This document shows positions 13,398 through 27,341 of a stretch of 64,000 nucleotides of DNA, piece after piece (the first letter of the stretch is position 1; each line of letters begins with the position of its first letter). The DNA is taken from positions 80,602,001-80,666,000 of the forward strand of contig NW_024704742.1 in NCBI RefSeq assembly GCF_018977255.1. Direction: 5' to 3'. The stretch is from Callorhinchus milii (lineage: Eukaryota). The translations under genes were made by a program, and so were the position numbers. The notes under the pieces were generated by a model. That model saw nothing but the letters and a program-made list of their open reading frames with translations. It ran no database searches and was not told where the DNA came from.

Positions 13398-13832
13398 TAA
13401 TAATAATCCTTGCATTTGTTATTGTGCCTTTCTCATCAGCAAGATGTCCCAAACCGCTTCACAGGATTTTACTGTAAAGTGCAGTGACTGTGTGATTTGT
13501 TGGCAAATGCAGTAGTCAAATTGCACACAGCAATGTCCCATAAACAGCCATGGTGTGAATGATTAATTTAATTTGGGGGATTGTTGGGCAGGACAACTGG
13601 GAGAAACTCCTTTCTACTTTTGAATAATGCCATGGGATATTTGATATCCAACTGAATAAGTAGATAGGACCTTAGTTTAACATTCATCTGAAGGATGGCA
13701 CCTCCAACAATATAGCGCATCCACAGAAGTGCAATGGAACGTCAGTTTAGACTACATGAGGTCCAAATTGTGGCTTGAACCAACAAGCTTCTGACTTATA
13801 GGTGAGAGTGCTAGTGACTGAGCGAAGCTAAC
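13398..13832 (-). mobile_element. Old SacSINE1-type SINE, near full length
   Basis: Tail, core AATAATGCCATGGGAT and head CTTCTGACT..GGTGAGAGTGCTA..ACTGAGC present in reverse. Confidence 0.75.
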
Positions 13833-14354
13833 ACATTGAGCATGTCCCCCAACAGTGGTCAGGGATATCTGTCGCCACTCTCTGGAACTACATTACTGAG
13901 TCCTTTCACCTCAACTGTTCCACTGCTGCCTCCAAGATCCATCTGAAGTACTTTCTCTGCATCTTCAGCCATCATCTGCCCCACACCACCTCCCCAAACC
14001 CTTTGCTCCAACCCTCCTAAATCCAAACACAGCTCAACTGTCCAGAGACTTGGGCATCCTCCAGACATGAAAGGCATTATATAAATGTAATTTATTGCTG
14101 TAGCAATTGGAATTCCTTACACTAATCCATTGAAATGTGTTATTTTTGACATGTTCACTGTAATGATATAAGCACCTTAAATGCTATGTCCAGCCCTTAC
14201 CGACAAATGTATTTTTTTCAGTCAACCAGTTAATGTTTCACCAATGGAAAGCTCAGCATCAGTAGCACAGTAGAATTTTCCAATCAGAATCATAGGAACT
14301 TACAGATTTTCAACACAGAAGGAGGCTACTCATTCCATTAAGTCTATGCCATTG

Positions 14355-15955
14355 CTCTCCTTGCCCCTATACTCACTGACATTGTAAACCTCTCCCTGTC
14401 CTCTGGTACTGTTCCCACCCCATTAAAAACCAGTGTCATCACTCCTATACTTAAAAATCCCTCCCTCGACCCTTCTCTACTCCCTAACTACTGCCCCATC
14501 TCCAATCTCCCCTTCCTCTCCAAGGTCCTGGAACGAGTTGTTGCTTCTCAGCTTCGCTCCTTCCTCTCCCACCACGCCCTTCTCGAACCCCTCCAATCAG
14601 GCGTCCGTGACGCCCACAGCACAGAAACAGCCCTGGTCAAAGTGACAAATTACATTCTGTCCATCTGTGACCATGGCTCCCTCTGCCTCCTCACCCTACT
14701 TGACCTCTCTGCTGCTTTTGACACCGTTGACCACTCTATCCTCATCCACCACCTCTCTTCTCACCTCAACCTCCACGGCACTGTCCTTCACTAGTTCAGA
14801 TCATTCCTCTCACACAGCCTGCATTCCGTCTCCACAAATGGCTTCTTTTCTAGCCCCCAGACTGTCTCGAGTGGCACTCCTCAGGGCTCTGTCCTTGGTC
14901 CCATCCTCTTCAACATCTACATGCTCCCTCTTGGTGACATCATCCGTAGACATGGGGTCAATTTCCACGTATATGTGGATGACACTCAATTCTACCTCTC
15001 TGTCTCCACCCTTGACTCCAGGACCACTGCTGTCCTGACAGAATTTCTGTCAGACATCAAGTCCTGGATGAGAGCTAACTTTCTTCAGTTGAAAGTCAAC
15101 AAGACCAAGGTTCTCTTGATTGGCTCCCGTCAGCGCCTCCTCACCTCAGATGCTGATAGCATCACCATCCATGGCTGCACACTCTACATTGCTAAGCCAG
15201 TCTGGAACCTTGGGGTCTTGTTTGGTCCTCAACTTTCCTTTCTACCCCACATCTGTGCCATGACCCGCTCTGCCTTCCCCCACCTCCACAACATCACCCG
15301 GCTCCGCCAATGTCTCACATCACAGGCCACCAAAACCCTCTTACATGCTTTCATTATATCAAGGCTCGACTATGCAAACTCATTGCTTGTCGGCCTCCCC
15401 AACTCCTCCCTCCACAGGCTGCAGATCATCCAGAACTCTGCAGCCCGTATCCTCTCCCGCACTAAGCTCTGCGACCCTATCACCCCCATCCTTGTCCAAC
15501 TCCACTGGCTTCCCAGCATACAGAAGATATAGTTCAAGTTCCTGGTCCTCACCTTCAAAGCCCTCCACAGTCTTGCTCCCCCTTACCTGTGCGACGTCCT
15601 AACCCCCTTCTATCCTGTTCACTCCCTCCGCTCAGCGGGCTCCGGCCTGCTTCACGTCCTCCTCCTCGCTTGCCCCACTATTGTGGGCAGGTCTTCTGCC
15701 ACTCTGCCCCCACCCTCTGGAACTCCATTCCACAGTCCCTCCTCCTCGTCCCCTCCCTTGCCACCTTCAAGAGCCATCTCAAGTCCCTCCTCTTCGACCA
15801 TGCTTTCAATCTCCCTGCTTCTCCCCCTGCCCTCCACCCTCTCCCATGCCGATCCCCAGCTCGGGTCTGTAACTCTGTCTGTCCAGCGCCTTAAGACGTC
15901 CTCTCGACATGAAAGGCGTTTTACAAATGTAATTATGTTGTTGTTATTTTTGTTG
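14355..15955 (+). mobile_element. 5'-truncated L2 LINE, RT domain to 3' tail
   Basis: [41 protein letters not shown] (YADD box), [15 protein letters not shown]; internal stops and frameshifts; (TTG)n tail. Confidence 0.95.
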
Positions 15956-16154
15956 CCATTGCTCCGTGTGCTATTATTATAAGTAAACATAACAACATAC
16001 AACCTGTTAGACAAAAGAAGGCCAAGATCCATCCAGTTTTCCTTTCACCATCCTGCCAGTCTTATGCACATGTCATGTCCCAAACTACTGTATACCAAGA
16101 TATTCTTTCCTAAAATAAATCTATCTAATTTGCTTTTGAAAGAAGTTATAATCC

Positions 16155-16300
16155 TTTAGCTAGTTAAACTTCAGGAATACCCCAAGCACACTCTGAGGTC
16201 CACAAACTTTGGCTCTTAACAACCTGTGGCTAATCCTCTGGAATTAGGTAGGTGCATCCTTCTGGGGAGTGCAAAATTTATATGTGGAACTCCCAGTCTG
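16155..16300 (+). repeat. Unclassified dispersed repeat, copy 2 of 3
   Basis: TTAGCTAGTTAAACTTCAGGAATACCCCAAGCACACTCTG...GAATTAGGTAG aligns by eye with the reverse complement of 1-168. Confidence 0.55.
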
Positions 16301-16302
16301 GT

Positions 16303-16684
16303 TTATAATATAATAAGTTTCCCTGCATTTGAAAAAGCACCTTATCATGTCTTCGAGACATCTCAAAGAGCTTCATAGAATATACTGTAAAGTGAATTGA
16401 CTGTATATTTTGTGGGTGAAAGGCGGCAGCCAATTGTGCACAGCAGTGTCTCACAAACAGTCGTGAATTTAGTGACCAATTTATTATTATTATCTTTTTT
16501 GGAAGGATTTATTACCCCTGGAAAAGCAATGCGCCAATCGACTAACAACCGGGTTCCTACTTGCTGCTAGGTAAACAGAGGTATTTGAAGTAAGGAAACT
16601 TGCATAACGTTTCGTCCTGCTGGGAATCGAACCCAGGCCTCTCGCTTGCAAGATGAGTGCTCTGACCACTCTGAAACACAGTCC
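16303..16684 (-). mobile_element. Young tRNA-Ala SINE, full-length long subfamily
   Basis: tRNA head with B box GGTTCGATTCC, extra internal segment, L2-like tail. Confidence 0.9.
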
Positions 16685-19600
16685 AGCATGAATGGTCCTA
16701 TATAAATGCAAATATAAAAATTGATAAATGTAAGTTGTTGTTGTTGACCCTTAAGCGTGGTGATGGATTTCATCATGTATCAGACACCACTGATCAAAAA
16801 TAAAATCAAGCTTATAATTTTTAAGGGCCTTACATTTTGTTCATCATTTTTGTCCCTTTTTCCCAACTATTCTACACCTATTCTGAATAAATTTCCATTT
16901 GTTTTGACCTATCCTAACCTATTTCTCTGTAACAACTGTTTGTCACCTTTCTTTCAGCATACACCATACATTTTGAAAGGTGAAGCAGCTTTTTTAAATC
17001 GTTATTTTGATTGGCAAATAAAACAGATTTATAGGCCATTTTTATATGAAAGCAACAAAAAACAATCATTCACTGAAGATTGATGCAACCAGGTCGAACT
17101 TTGAATCATTAATTAAATCAGAAGGAGCTATGAATTCTGCTGTAGAAATCCTGTGCTAAATAAGTAAACACATCTACAGCAGTTTAAGAGTTAACTTTGC
17201 ATTAAGATCACCATAACAAAGCTAATCTTGAATTGCATGACTGTGATGGACACACATTCACTCTGTTTGGCAGCAATTCCCTATGAAGTGCTTTTTCTGA
17301 TGCTATATCAAATGCTAATCATTATATTAAATGATTCTTCTGTGCGCTGTATGTAATCTTTGTGTACGTAGGCATTATTTTTAGAAAAATGGCCTGGCCA
17401 GGGAATTCACAATTCCCTGGATCCGTGGCTCCTGTGGGACTAAAGAGGCAAAATTATGTTTGAAAATATAACATCATGTTGAATCTTGCTAACAACTAAT
17501 GCAAATTGCTTGAAGTGTAAGTTTCTGCATTGAAAGAGTTACCCAGGGACATATACTAGAATCAATGATGATTCCACCCACCTCATAGCCCCATCTCCCT
17601 TCAGGCACTCGAGCAAAAAGCACCTGACACTCTCTCCTTAGCAGTAATTGGTTGTTTCAGGATGAGTGGTCCCACAGTGGCTGTCTAAGCTGGTGATTGA
17701 ACACTATCTCCATCTGAAGTTCTTTCATAGAAAAAATATACTTAAATGTTTTCGGCATCAATCCAAGTCCTTTTTATCTAGGCCACTCCATTCAGCAGTT
17801 GATTTGCCTGCTCCTGTGCTTTCCGCTGTGCCTATTAATGAGAAAAGCTGCATTGCCTTGCTCCAGACAAAAAAACGGATGAAAATTAAATGCAACATTT
17901 AAGGGAGCATCCGAATCCATTTAAAATAGCTAAAAATCCTCTTAATGTAATACGTTCTACTCATAATAGCTGCTTTCAATTTCTAGCCATGTTACTATGA
18001 TTACGATATTTTGCTTTAAATTGTGAAACAAAACTGTAAACTGTATATTGTAATATCACCTTGGGTCACTACACAGAAAGGATTAGCTGATCAATAAGCA
18101 ACAATAATGTTTATATTTGATGTAGCGTTTTTCACGTTGGAAGGACATCCTGAAGCACTTCACAGGATAAACTGTAAAGTGGAGTGACTGTGTGTTTTAT
18201 GAACGAATATGGCAACCAATTTGTGCACAACAATGCCCGTTTGTGCACAGCAAACCTTGATGTAAACAATTAATTTTTAATGACGATGCAAGAGATGTTG
18301 TGTATGCTCAGAAGGAACAATGTATTTTGAAGTTCTCAGTTAACATGTACACCCAAGGTAAATTCCGATTTTTTTTAACAGATTGTTATGTGATAATTAT
18401 GATGGGTTGAATGTGCTATGAATTGTCACTTTTTTCACCCTCACTATATTTTGCTTCTAAATGTTGCGGTCTCTGCGAATGAAAAACGTGGATAGACTTG
18501 GGCTTATCTGTCGTATAATGACTGAATTGCTGCCTTAACACTTGTGTGTTTGAACTGAACATTTGAGTATGGTACAGGAGAGCTATTGACACATACGGAA
18601 CTGGACCAATTGTAGTGCCTTCAGGAGAGTGGAAGAGAAAATTAGGGAGATGAGGAAGTAGATGAAATATGGAATGAAGAAAGGTCTTTCAACCCACTCT
18701 GATACGCTTCAGAATAATAAAAGTCAACATACCTTTGCAAAAGAATGATTAAAGCTTTTCCAATAGGATTAACTTGGAACCTTGGGTCTTACCTTTGTAA
18801 GAACATAGAACATGACAGTCCAGACAAGTCCAGACACTAAAGGTACTTGGAATGGTAATAGTATCTGTTAACCATATTCCAAATCATATTTAATGTTGCA
18901 ATGGCATTTTATGCCACCCTCCCTTGCAAGGAGCACTGCAAGACCAATTTAAGCAGCAAGCAGCCCCAATTATTGTAAGTCACAATGATAATCTGAATGT
19001 TAAAGTAATATGCCACAAGCAAAACTAGTCACCACTTGAACAGACATCACCACTAACTGGTGGACTACAGCTGACCGCAAAACAAATTCATTAAGCCTGG
19101 GATACATTTATAAAATATTATAATGACTCAACAGAACTGCTAAGCTATCAAGAACTGAAGGGAATCATGTGGAGACATTCTCAATGACTGGGCAGAATCA
19201 TATAAAAGTACCAGATATAATATACAGAATTTTGGATAGGTATAGGTATTGCAATAATTTATTCCAGTATTTCACAATTATTCCAGATAAGCAGTTTGAG
19301 TGTCTTCTGAATGTCTTCTCAATGTCAGAGATTCCATTTCGGCCATTTACTCACTCAATCTTCATTTTTCTTTCTCATCAGAATTATCTTGCATTCCCAA
19401 TAAACGAAAAAGCATTTTAATAACATTTCAGGTAAGCCTGAAATGATTTTACAAAGCTATTAGGATGTCAACAATACAAAGTAATGGACATGAAATTGAC
19501 AGGATGCTACAACAAGGAAATTACTTTGTAGATCTAAAGCGGAGCTATTACGAAAGTAAGAGCGTAGAATGTATTTTTAGAGGACACATAACAGAGAGCC

Positions 19601-19824
19601 TTGAGTTGATTCATATGTCAAAATTGAGTGTTCTGGTAACTTGTAAGTGATGAAGTCACAAATGAGTTATGGTCAATGGCACAACTAGAATATGAATCAT
19701 ATCATTTTTCTCTTCATCATGCATTTTCTTTGCGTCCCATTGTAGCTCAATAATTTCCCAAAGAAAGAAAATGATGGGAGCAGTGATATGGATATGGATC
19801 ACATCACCAGACAAATAATAATCA

Positions 19825-20075
19825 TCATAATAATAATCTTTGCTTATCATGTCATTGTGACCTCTCAAAACGTTTCATAGGATTTTACTGTGAAATTTAG
19901 TGACCTCTGTGTATTTGTAGGAGAATGTGACAGCTAAACTGCGCATAGCAATGTTCCACAAACAGCATGAAGTGAGTGACCATATTTATATGGGGGATTG
20001 CTGGTCAGGATACCAGGAAAAACTCCCTTCTATTATTAGAATAATGCCATGGGCTCTTTAACAGCCACCTGAACA
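19825..20075 (-). mobile_element. Old SacSINE1-type SINE, 3' half
   Basis: Core ATAATGCCATGGGCTCTTTAACAGCCACCTGAAC plus tail. Confidence 0.7.
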
Positions 20076-20229
20076 TGGTTCAACAGTTCACCTGAAGAAC
20101 AGGCATTTTATTAAGCTTTTTGATCAACCACTGGCCATCCTCTTGGGAGGAGGGTGGAGTGGAAGGTGCTGAACTGGCTCCAAGGTGATGTGCTTGGCAA
20201 CACAATATCATAATTGAGTTAATCCTCTG

Positions 20230-20490
20230 TGATCGTCTCTTTCAGGGAAAGAAATAAGGGGGGACAACATTTCTGGTTTGTATCCAGTGATTCCTCCTGG
20301 AGATACATGTGTGTGGGCAGCAGGTCAAGGAATAATCTGTCGGTATTGTGTTAGCTTTACAGCCCAGCAGCCTTCAACCACTCTGTCAAGCTCACATGTG
20401 AAAAATGATAATTTGGATGAAGTATGAGGAAGCCAGCAGAGTGTGTATGACCATTTCCCTGCATCATTCACTTCTTTCAAGAAAGTGTAA
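20230..20490 (+). repeat. Ancient SINE-like repeat (relatives at ~43420-43840 and ~62630-62840, minus)
   Basis: TGTCAAGCTCACATGTGAAAAATGATAATTTGG resembles the reverse complement of 43535-43575. Confidence 0.4.
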
Positions 20491-20669
20491 TATCAGAAGG
20501 AATAGAAAATGTAAGTGATTAGAACTAGGGGGGTGATGTGATGATTTGTCTCCAAAATACACAGTCACTACCTACACTTTGCAATAAATGCTATGAAACG
20601 CTTTTGAGATTTCTGTCTGACGTGAAAAACCCCTATATCAGATGCAAGGATTACAATAATAGGCCTGGC

Positions 20670-21105
20670 TAGAGCTTCTCCGCCTTAAGAAAATAGATCT
20701 AAGAGGGAACCTTAAAGAAGTTTATACAATTTTAAATGGGTTTCAAAAACAAAACCAGAACAATACTTTAGGATACACCAATGTAGTAGAACAAGAAAAC
20801 ATAGGACCGTTATATGGACTCAGAAGGTAATAAATTCACCCACAAAATATACTGTCAATTCATTTTACAGTATATTCTTTGAAATGTCTCAGCGATGTGA
20901 ATAGGCACGATATCAAATACAAGGATTATCATTATACTGACAGGAACAGGTTAACCAGGAAAAGTGGTTGAATCCAGGACACTGGACTCATTTTAAAAAA
21001 CAGGTTGATGCTGTGATGGGAGAATGGTAGGGTGGGCATTCTGGAAGGTTGAGATGAATTGGGCCAAAGAGTCTTCTTTATTCAAACCAATCTTGTGATT
21101 TTGTG
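20670..21105 (+). mobile_element. CR1 3' fragment interrupted by a SINE tail (~20835-20935)
   Basis: Reads RSKREP.RSLYNF / RTRKH, a degenerate RRLRGDL..TRGH; GGGCCAAAGAGTCTTC tail. Confidence 0.5.
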
Positions 21106-21717
21106 AATTAATACATTTTCAGGAATCAAGTAGTTAACCACATAAGAGAATAGCTGAAAGCCAAAAAATCAATATAGTACCAAAATTGCTTTCTGTATTA
21201 CCTACACTCTAGGTTCAAGTCAATTTTTCAGCAATTAACAACTTATTTGAAACTCTTTACAGATGGATGTCATATGAGGCATATGACTCACTAATGAATC
21301 TTTCAGAACTCAGTAGAGAAAGAATCTGAGCAGGTTAGCAGTCTATGCATACTGTATATTGTAAAACACAACACAACAAAGCACAAGTGGGCTTAAAGAA
21401 CCAGATAAAGCAACTGGTTATGAGACATTTATTTTCACCAACTCATTGTGAGTCATTAATAATGCGAAAGCACAAAATGTGAGGATATGCAGTGGCATTT
21501 CATAAAATGCTAAACAAAGCTTGATATGACACAGCAAAATAGAGACATTCATCAGTCCACATATGTACATCCATCTCTATCCAGCTTTATAAAATAATTG
21601 CATACCATAACCATTCTTGTAGACCATTTGAAAAAGATATTCTGTGATTTTGTGCAACACTTGTTACAGTATTAGTAGTAACTTGTTTTGTAGCTAAAAC
21701 AGATTTTCAATAATAGT

Positions 21718-21975
21718 TATAGTAATAATCCTTACATTTGATTTAATACCTTTCATGTCAGGGGGACGTCTCAAAGAGCTTCACAGGATTCATTGAAAAG
21801 TGTTGTGACTATTTTATTTAGTAGCAAATGTGCAGCCAATTTGCACTGGGCAATGTCCCACAAACTGCCATGAAGTGAATGAACAATATTATTTAGGGCA
21901 TTGTTGGATAGAACATCTGGAGAAACTTCTCTTTTCAAATAGTGACATGGGATCTTTAACATCCACCTGAACAGG
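21718..21975 (-). mobile_element. Old SacSINE1-type SINE, 3' half
   Basis: AATAGTGACATGGGATCTTTAACATCCACCTGAACAG core. Confidence 0.75.
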
Positions 21976-23529
21976 CTTCCTAAGGATAGCAAATCTTTGA
22001 TGAAGCACCTTTTCAAGCTGCAACTTGCATTCAGCTTTTGCCATTAATACCAGGTTATGCCATACTCAAACAAAAGCACAGAACGATGTATAGGGTAGAA
22101 TATACAAAATACAGCAAATCAGGACACAATTCAGCCAATGAATTTGAGTAGTTAGCTCCTGTGTAAAACGGGATTCAAAGACAAAAGGAAATTAATTCAA
22201 GATTGTGACTAAAGGAGCAAAAGAAGAGGTTTGGAAGAACATCTTCTTCCAGTGGATTGTCAGAATATGGCAGTGGTTTATTAAGTGTGGCTGTTAAAGT
22301 TGAAGAGAGCTTTTAAAAGATAATTGGACAAACACATGCAGAGAAAGGATATTGGAAGGTTTAAGACAAAAGCAGGGAATTGGATTAGGACAGATATGCT
22401 AGTGTTGTGGTTTAAATCAATATTATAACTAAACATATTTTTAAGGTTCAGTTAGTGCTAATGCTGATTGTAGATGGCCAGGCATGATTCTTTTCTCTGA
22501 TTTCTTTTCTGCCCAACACTGCACTGGAGTATCAGCTTAACTGGGGGTTTGAAGTCCTGAAGTGGGACTTAGAGTTACACATTCAAATTTGGTACTGCTG
22601 TAAATATACTGCTGCGTTTCGCCCATAAAATATAGTCAATTCACTTTAGAGCATATTCTGAGAAACACTTTGACACATCTCGAAGACACGATGAGGTGTT
22701 ATATCAAATGCAAGGATTATTATTATATTTAGATATTATTTGATTGGTTTCCGTAATGGAAATTGCAAAATAAAATTGCAATCTAACTCAACCTCAAACA
22801 CTCAATGAAGAGCACCTTGATTGTTTTTCTTGCAGAAAAGCAACATGGATTGCTCTTGTTACAGAAAAGCAACTTCTCCCCTCCCACAATCCCATGAGGG
22901 AGTTTCATCCTTAGAGTGAAACAGCAGGTTAGTCAAACAAAACTATCATTTCATTAAAAGACGGTGCTTAAATTCAACCAGGGGAAAGAACACATTTGGT
23001 GGGCTTTTGTTCAACTGTCCCAAGAGGAAGTAAATTGAAATGACTTTAGGCATATCTGACAGAATGCTCTGTAGTAAAAGGGGCTCATCCTTCTCTGGAA
23101 TTGATCCAATTTATTTTACAGACATGCAAGCAGCATTTACTGCCTTTCAGAACTTTGTGCCTCCAGGTACAAACTCCATAGAGGCTATCATTTACCCCGG
23201 CTAGATGGAAACGCATTGTAAATAAAACACACTCATGAGAGTGAGAGAGAAAGGGAAACAGGAATGTCACTATCGTTTTTATGTTTTAAAAAGAATGAGG
23301 AATTACTTGGAGGCAATAGGTGTTTTCAGATGAACAGAATTCAGGTTAATTCAGGTAAATGGTTATTCTGTGTTGAGCATAGCTGTAAGTTTCGAAGATT
23401 AAATGGTACAATAATTCTACCTGAGGTTTACACAAGGAGTTTCAAAAGTCCAATAGCATTTCTAGCTGTACAGTGCGCAGTGGATTTCATTTGTTACTTA
23501 TGGATTTCATCAATTGTAGCAATTGATCA

Positions 23530-23950
23530 TTGGATCCTGGTGGAGCAGTAGGTTAGATACTGGATTTTTATTTCTGGCCACAGGTTTGAATTTAGCCGAG
23601 ACTGTTAATCTCCTCTGTCTTATTGGTAGTACGGATTTAATATGAACAAATTTTGAGGCAGTCTTAATGCACTTTCTATAGATGTGGATTCACACCATTA
23701 AACCCCATTAGTTTAGCACGAGATTGGGAATCTTGCTAAGAGGAGCCAAAGGAAATGGGAAAAAGAGGGACCAAAGGGTGGAATCAGACATCAGAGCTTC
23801 TAGCTGGTTGGATTCATAGTAAAACTCCTCTACCTGATCCCTGAGGCTAGGTTAAGATAGAAGAGTTTTATAAATAATAATTATAATAATAGTTTTACTG
23901 TGAACCTAACCAACAATAAGCTCTGACAGCTGACATGGGAGCTCTTGATG
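23530..23950 (+). mobile_element. Ancient LF-SINE-like tRNA-SINE, highly decayed
   Basis: tRNA-like head (GGTGGAGCAGTAGG...GGTTTGAATTTAGCC); body order resembles the LF-SINE consensus as I recall it. Confidence 0.4.
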
Positions 23951-24531
23951 TTTACAATGGTGTCCAGAATGGGAGATTGTTCATTTTCCTGCCACTAGCA
24001 GGCAAAATAATCAACAAAGCCAAGTGTTCAAGTAAATTTATCAAGATACTATTAACCTTTCTTGCAACACCAATACGAGAAGAATAGGGAGTATCCCCAG
24101 GTGATCTGAACAAATAAACATATTTGCCAACAAGTAGCAGATCCATTTTAAGGCAGATGAATGCATGTTAATGCATTGTGGAAAAAGGAGATAGTAAACA
24201 TGTATCCATTAACTCCGAAGAAGGAACAAGATGGAGGTAAGCATATTACTCATGCCTTGAAGTTTTCAGACAATGTGATGCTTCTGTTAACAAAACAAAT
24301 GAAATATTAGGTTACAACTTTAGGACATTTAACTATAATTCAAATACTTAATTCCTAATCTTGTGTGGGTCACTAACAAAGCCAAATTTGGAAAACTGTA
24401 CAGTTTGTTATCTTATCTTCAGAAGGATGTTGTTGACACATTTGGACATTTCTCCCAGCAAATGATTAGACCAGAGGTCCATAGCTCTTTGGCTCTTTAA
24501 TACAATAATAAACCATACCATAACCAGCAAT

Positions 24532-24830
24532 AAAATAATAATCATAATACTTACATTTGATATAGCACCTTTCATATTGGGGGGATATTTCAAAGCACCT
24601 CAAAGGATGTATTGTAAAGTGTACTGACTCTATATTTTATAGGGAAATATGGCAGCCAATTTGCACAAGAAATGTCCCACATATAGCCACAGTGAATGAC
24701 AAATTTTATTTTGGGGATTGTCAGTCAAGACAACAGGAGAAGTTCCCTTCTTGTTTTGAATAGTGCCATAGGATCTTTTATGTCCACCTGACCAGACATA
24801 GGCAGGTCCTCAGTTTTATGTCTTGTCCAA
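24532..24830 (-). mobile_element. Old SacSINE1-type SINE
   Basis: AATAGTGCCATAGGATCTTTTATGTCCACCTGA core plus tail. Confidence 0.7.
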
Positions 24831-25254
24831 AGAATGATAAAACAATTTGTGATAAGCAATCATTCAGTTAAATAGTTGCACTGAAGAATATAGGGGATAA
24901 GGAAATTCCAGACTTTCAATTGCATCAGAATAAGTGAAGAGGGTGGGAAAACAATAGAGAACATTGCCCAAACTGATTAGAAATTAATGCTGAATTTAAA
25001 ATGAATGGCTACTGAGCAAGTGAAGATAGAGCTCCTGAACCAGCTAGCAGAAGAGTCCATTACTAGGGATTTAGAGATGATAATCTTCATATTGTGAAGA
25101 TAGAGTGGGAGTTCACTTCACCCAACGATTCCATGACTGAGCTTTGGCAGATGTTTTAGAGGATCAAAGGTTTTGGACAATGTGAACAAAGCGATCCTGG
25201 AAGTGGTCTCTCTGACATGACATGTCATGAACATATAGTAAGTGCAGGCACTGA

Positions 25255-25670
25255 CATCAATTGCTGACAGCCTGTGTCCTATTCTGACCACAATCCATGA
25301 CCCTATCACTCTCATCCTCGCCCAACTCCACTAACTTCCCATCACACAGAGGATACAGTTCAAGATCCTGGTCTTCACCTTCAAAGCTCTCAACGGCCTC
25401 GCTCCCCACTACTTCTGTGACCGCCTAATACCCTACCAACCCGCCCACTCCCGCCACTCAGCGGACTCTGGCCTGCTTCACGTGTATCACCTCACCCGCC
25501 TCACCATTGGCAGGCAGGCCTTCATCCACTTTGCCCCCACCTCCTGGAACTCCATCCTGCAATCCCAATCCCGACCCCCTGCTCGGGTCCAAAACACTGA
25601 CTGTCCAGTGCCTTGGAACATCCTCCCAGGGTGAAAGGCGCTATACAAATGTAATTTTGTTGTTGTTGTG
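25255..25670 (+). mobile_element. L2 3' fragment
   Basis: RIQFKILVFTFKALNGLAP, GRQAF..APTSWNS; stem-loop plus (TTG)n. Confidence 0.85.
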
Positions 25671-26010
25671 ATATGCTTGGATGAACTAGGCAGCTTTCGA
25701 TCTAAGGTTCCCAAAGCTTTCCACTCTATTGTAGACTAATCCCTGCATAAATAATTGCTATCAACATCTCCATTATTGTTGCATGTGACTACCAGGACGG
25801 TGGAAGGCGGACTAAATGGACCTTGGTCTTTTTTCATCTAGCAATTCGTATCTTCCTATGTTCCACTGCAAGAGAAGATTACAACCATGAGCAAAGAGTA
25901 CCAAAAGGAGCACTAGCAACTGCAAACTACTAACAAGTGTGGAAGGACAATGAGGCTGTAGATGTCAATAGATGAATGCCATGAGCAAGCATGAGTGGTA
26001 GAGTCTCTTA

Positions 26011-26222
26011 AATAATAATAATCCTTGCGTTTGATATAGCGCTTTTCACATCTTCTAGACGTCTCAAAGCACTTTACAGAATATATTGTAAAGTGAATTG
26101 ACCGTATTATTTGTGGGCGAAATGCGGCAGGCAATTGCGCGCAGCAGTGTCCCACAAATAGTCGTGGATTGAGAATGACCAATTTATTATTGTTTTGTTT
26201 TGGAGGGATTATTATTATTATT
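26011..26222 (-). mobile_element. Young SINE, short subfamily, 5'-truncated
   Basis: High identity to the 3' part of 30021-30342. Confidence 0.88.
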
Positions 26223-27341
26223 CTATGGACTATTTTACAATTATACTGAACACGAGAGGAATTTAGAAGATTGAGAACCACTATTTGTTTTTAAATAAAA
26301 CACAGGTGACAAAAGCTGAAGATACAGTGAAGGAGCTTTCATGTCACTTACAGACCGGTATTCAACAGCAAGGCCAGGTGACAATAGGAAAAGATCCATT
26401 GATCAAGTGGAAACATTACAGTCATGAGCAAACAAGTAGAAAAATAAATCTTAGAATCACAGGAAGACGGTATAGCTCAAAATGAGGCGCTGCATGAGGT
26501 GTTGAAAAAATCTGATGAACTGATGAAAAAAAAAGCTGGATGTGTCACAGTCACTAATTGAATATTAAAGGCTTTATAGTTTGAGACAGAGTTTGATGAG
26601 TGACTCAATTAGGCTGACCCACCCTGCCACACTCTCATGGTGCCATATTCATTTTTTTGAGCGTTAGCCTCTGGCAAGGTCAAAAGCACACAGCTAGACG
26701 GTAGCCAAACAGAAGCTGTTTCCAGACACTTCCCCGGGGCTACTTTAACAAGCACAACTAGGTGATAATTGCTGCATGAGCTTCTCAGCCATATAAATAA
26801 ATGGCAATTTCAATAATGGGAAATGGCAGCATTAAGATAGAATTCAGCAGACCTGCACTTACCCAGGCTGCTGCAGAGAGGGAGCAGAAATAGACAGTCC
26901 TCCAAGGCACATTGCTCTGACAGTGGGTGTCAATGACCTCCAGACACAACATTTTTGTGGCCACTGGCAGCATTGTGCAGACAAAGGTAGTAGGGCAGGT
27001 TAGCAGTAAGTGCCGCAGTTCATGCTGCAGTGGCTCCAGGATATCCTCAAGTCAGGTGGGCCAAGCAGAAGCTTTCAAGTCCCACCTGAAAACTTTCCCT
27101 CTTCACCCGTGCTTACGGCCATCTTCCCACTCTCCCTGGCTTAGAGTCAGGCTCTGCCACTGTTAAGCGCTCTGAGATGCTAGCCTGCATGGAGGGCGCT
27201 ATATAAGTGCAAGTTGGTGTTGTTGCTGTTGGGCTTTTGAGGAGTTGAAGGCAAATGTGCAGATTCAAAGGTGCCCATGTCCTGCAATGGGCCATTAATG
27301 ATGGTGCAAACTACAGTGAATAGTGCATTACAGATATAAGA

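Noticed and set aside
14921..15532. 203-aa RT-like ORF (also 9790-10422, 31849-32307, 63004-63657) as functional genes
   Set aside because: These are pieces of 5'-truncated, frameshifted L2 ORF2; no intact element is present.
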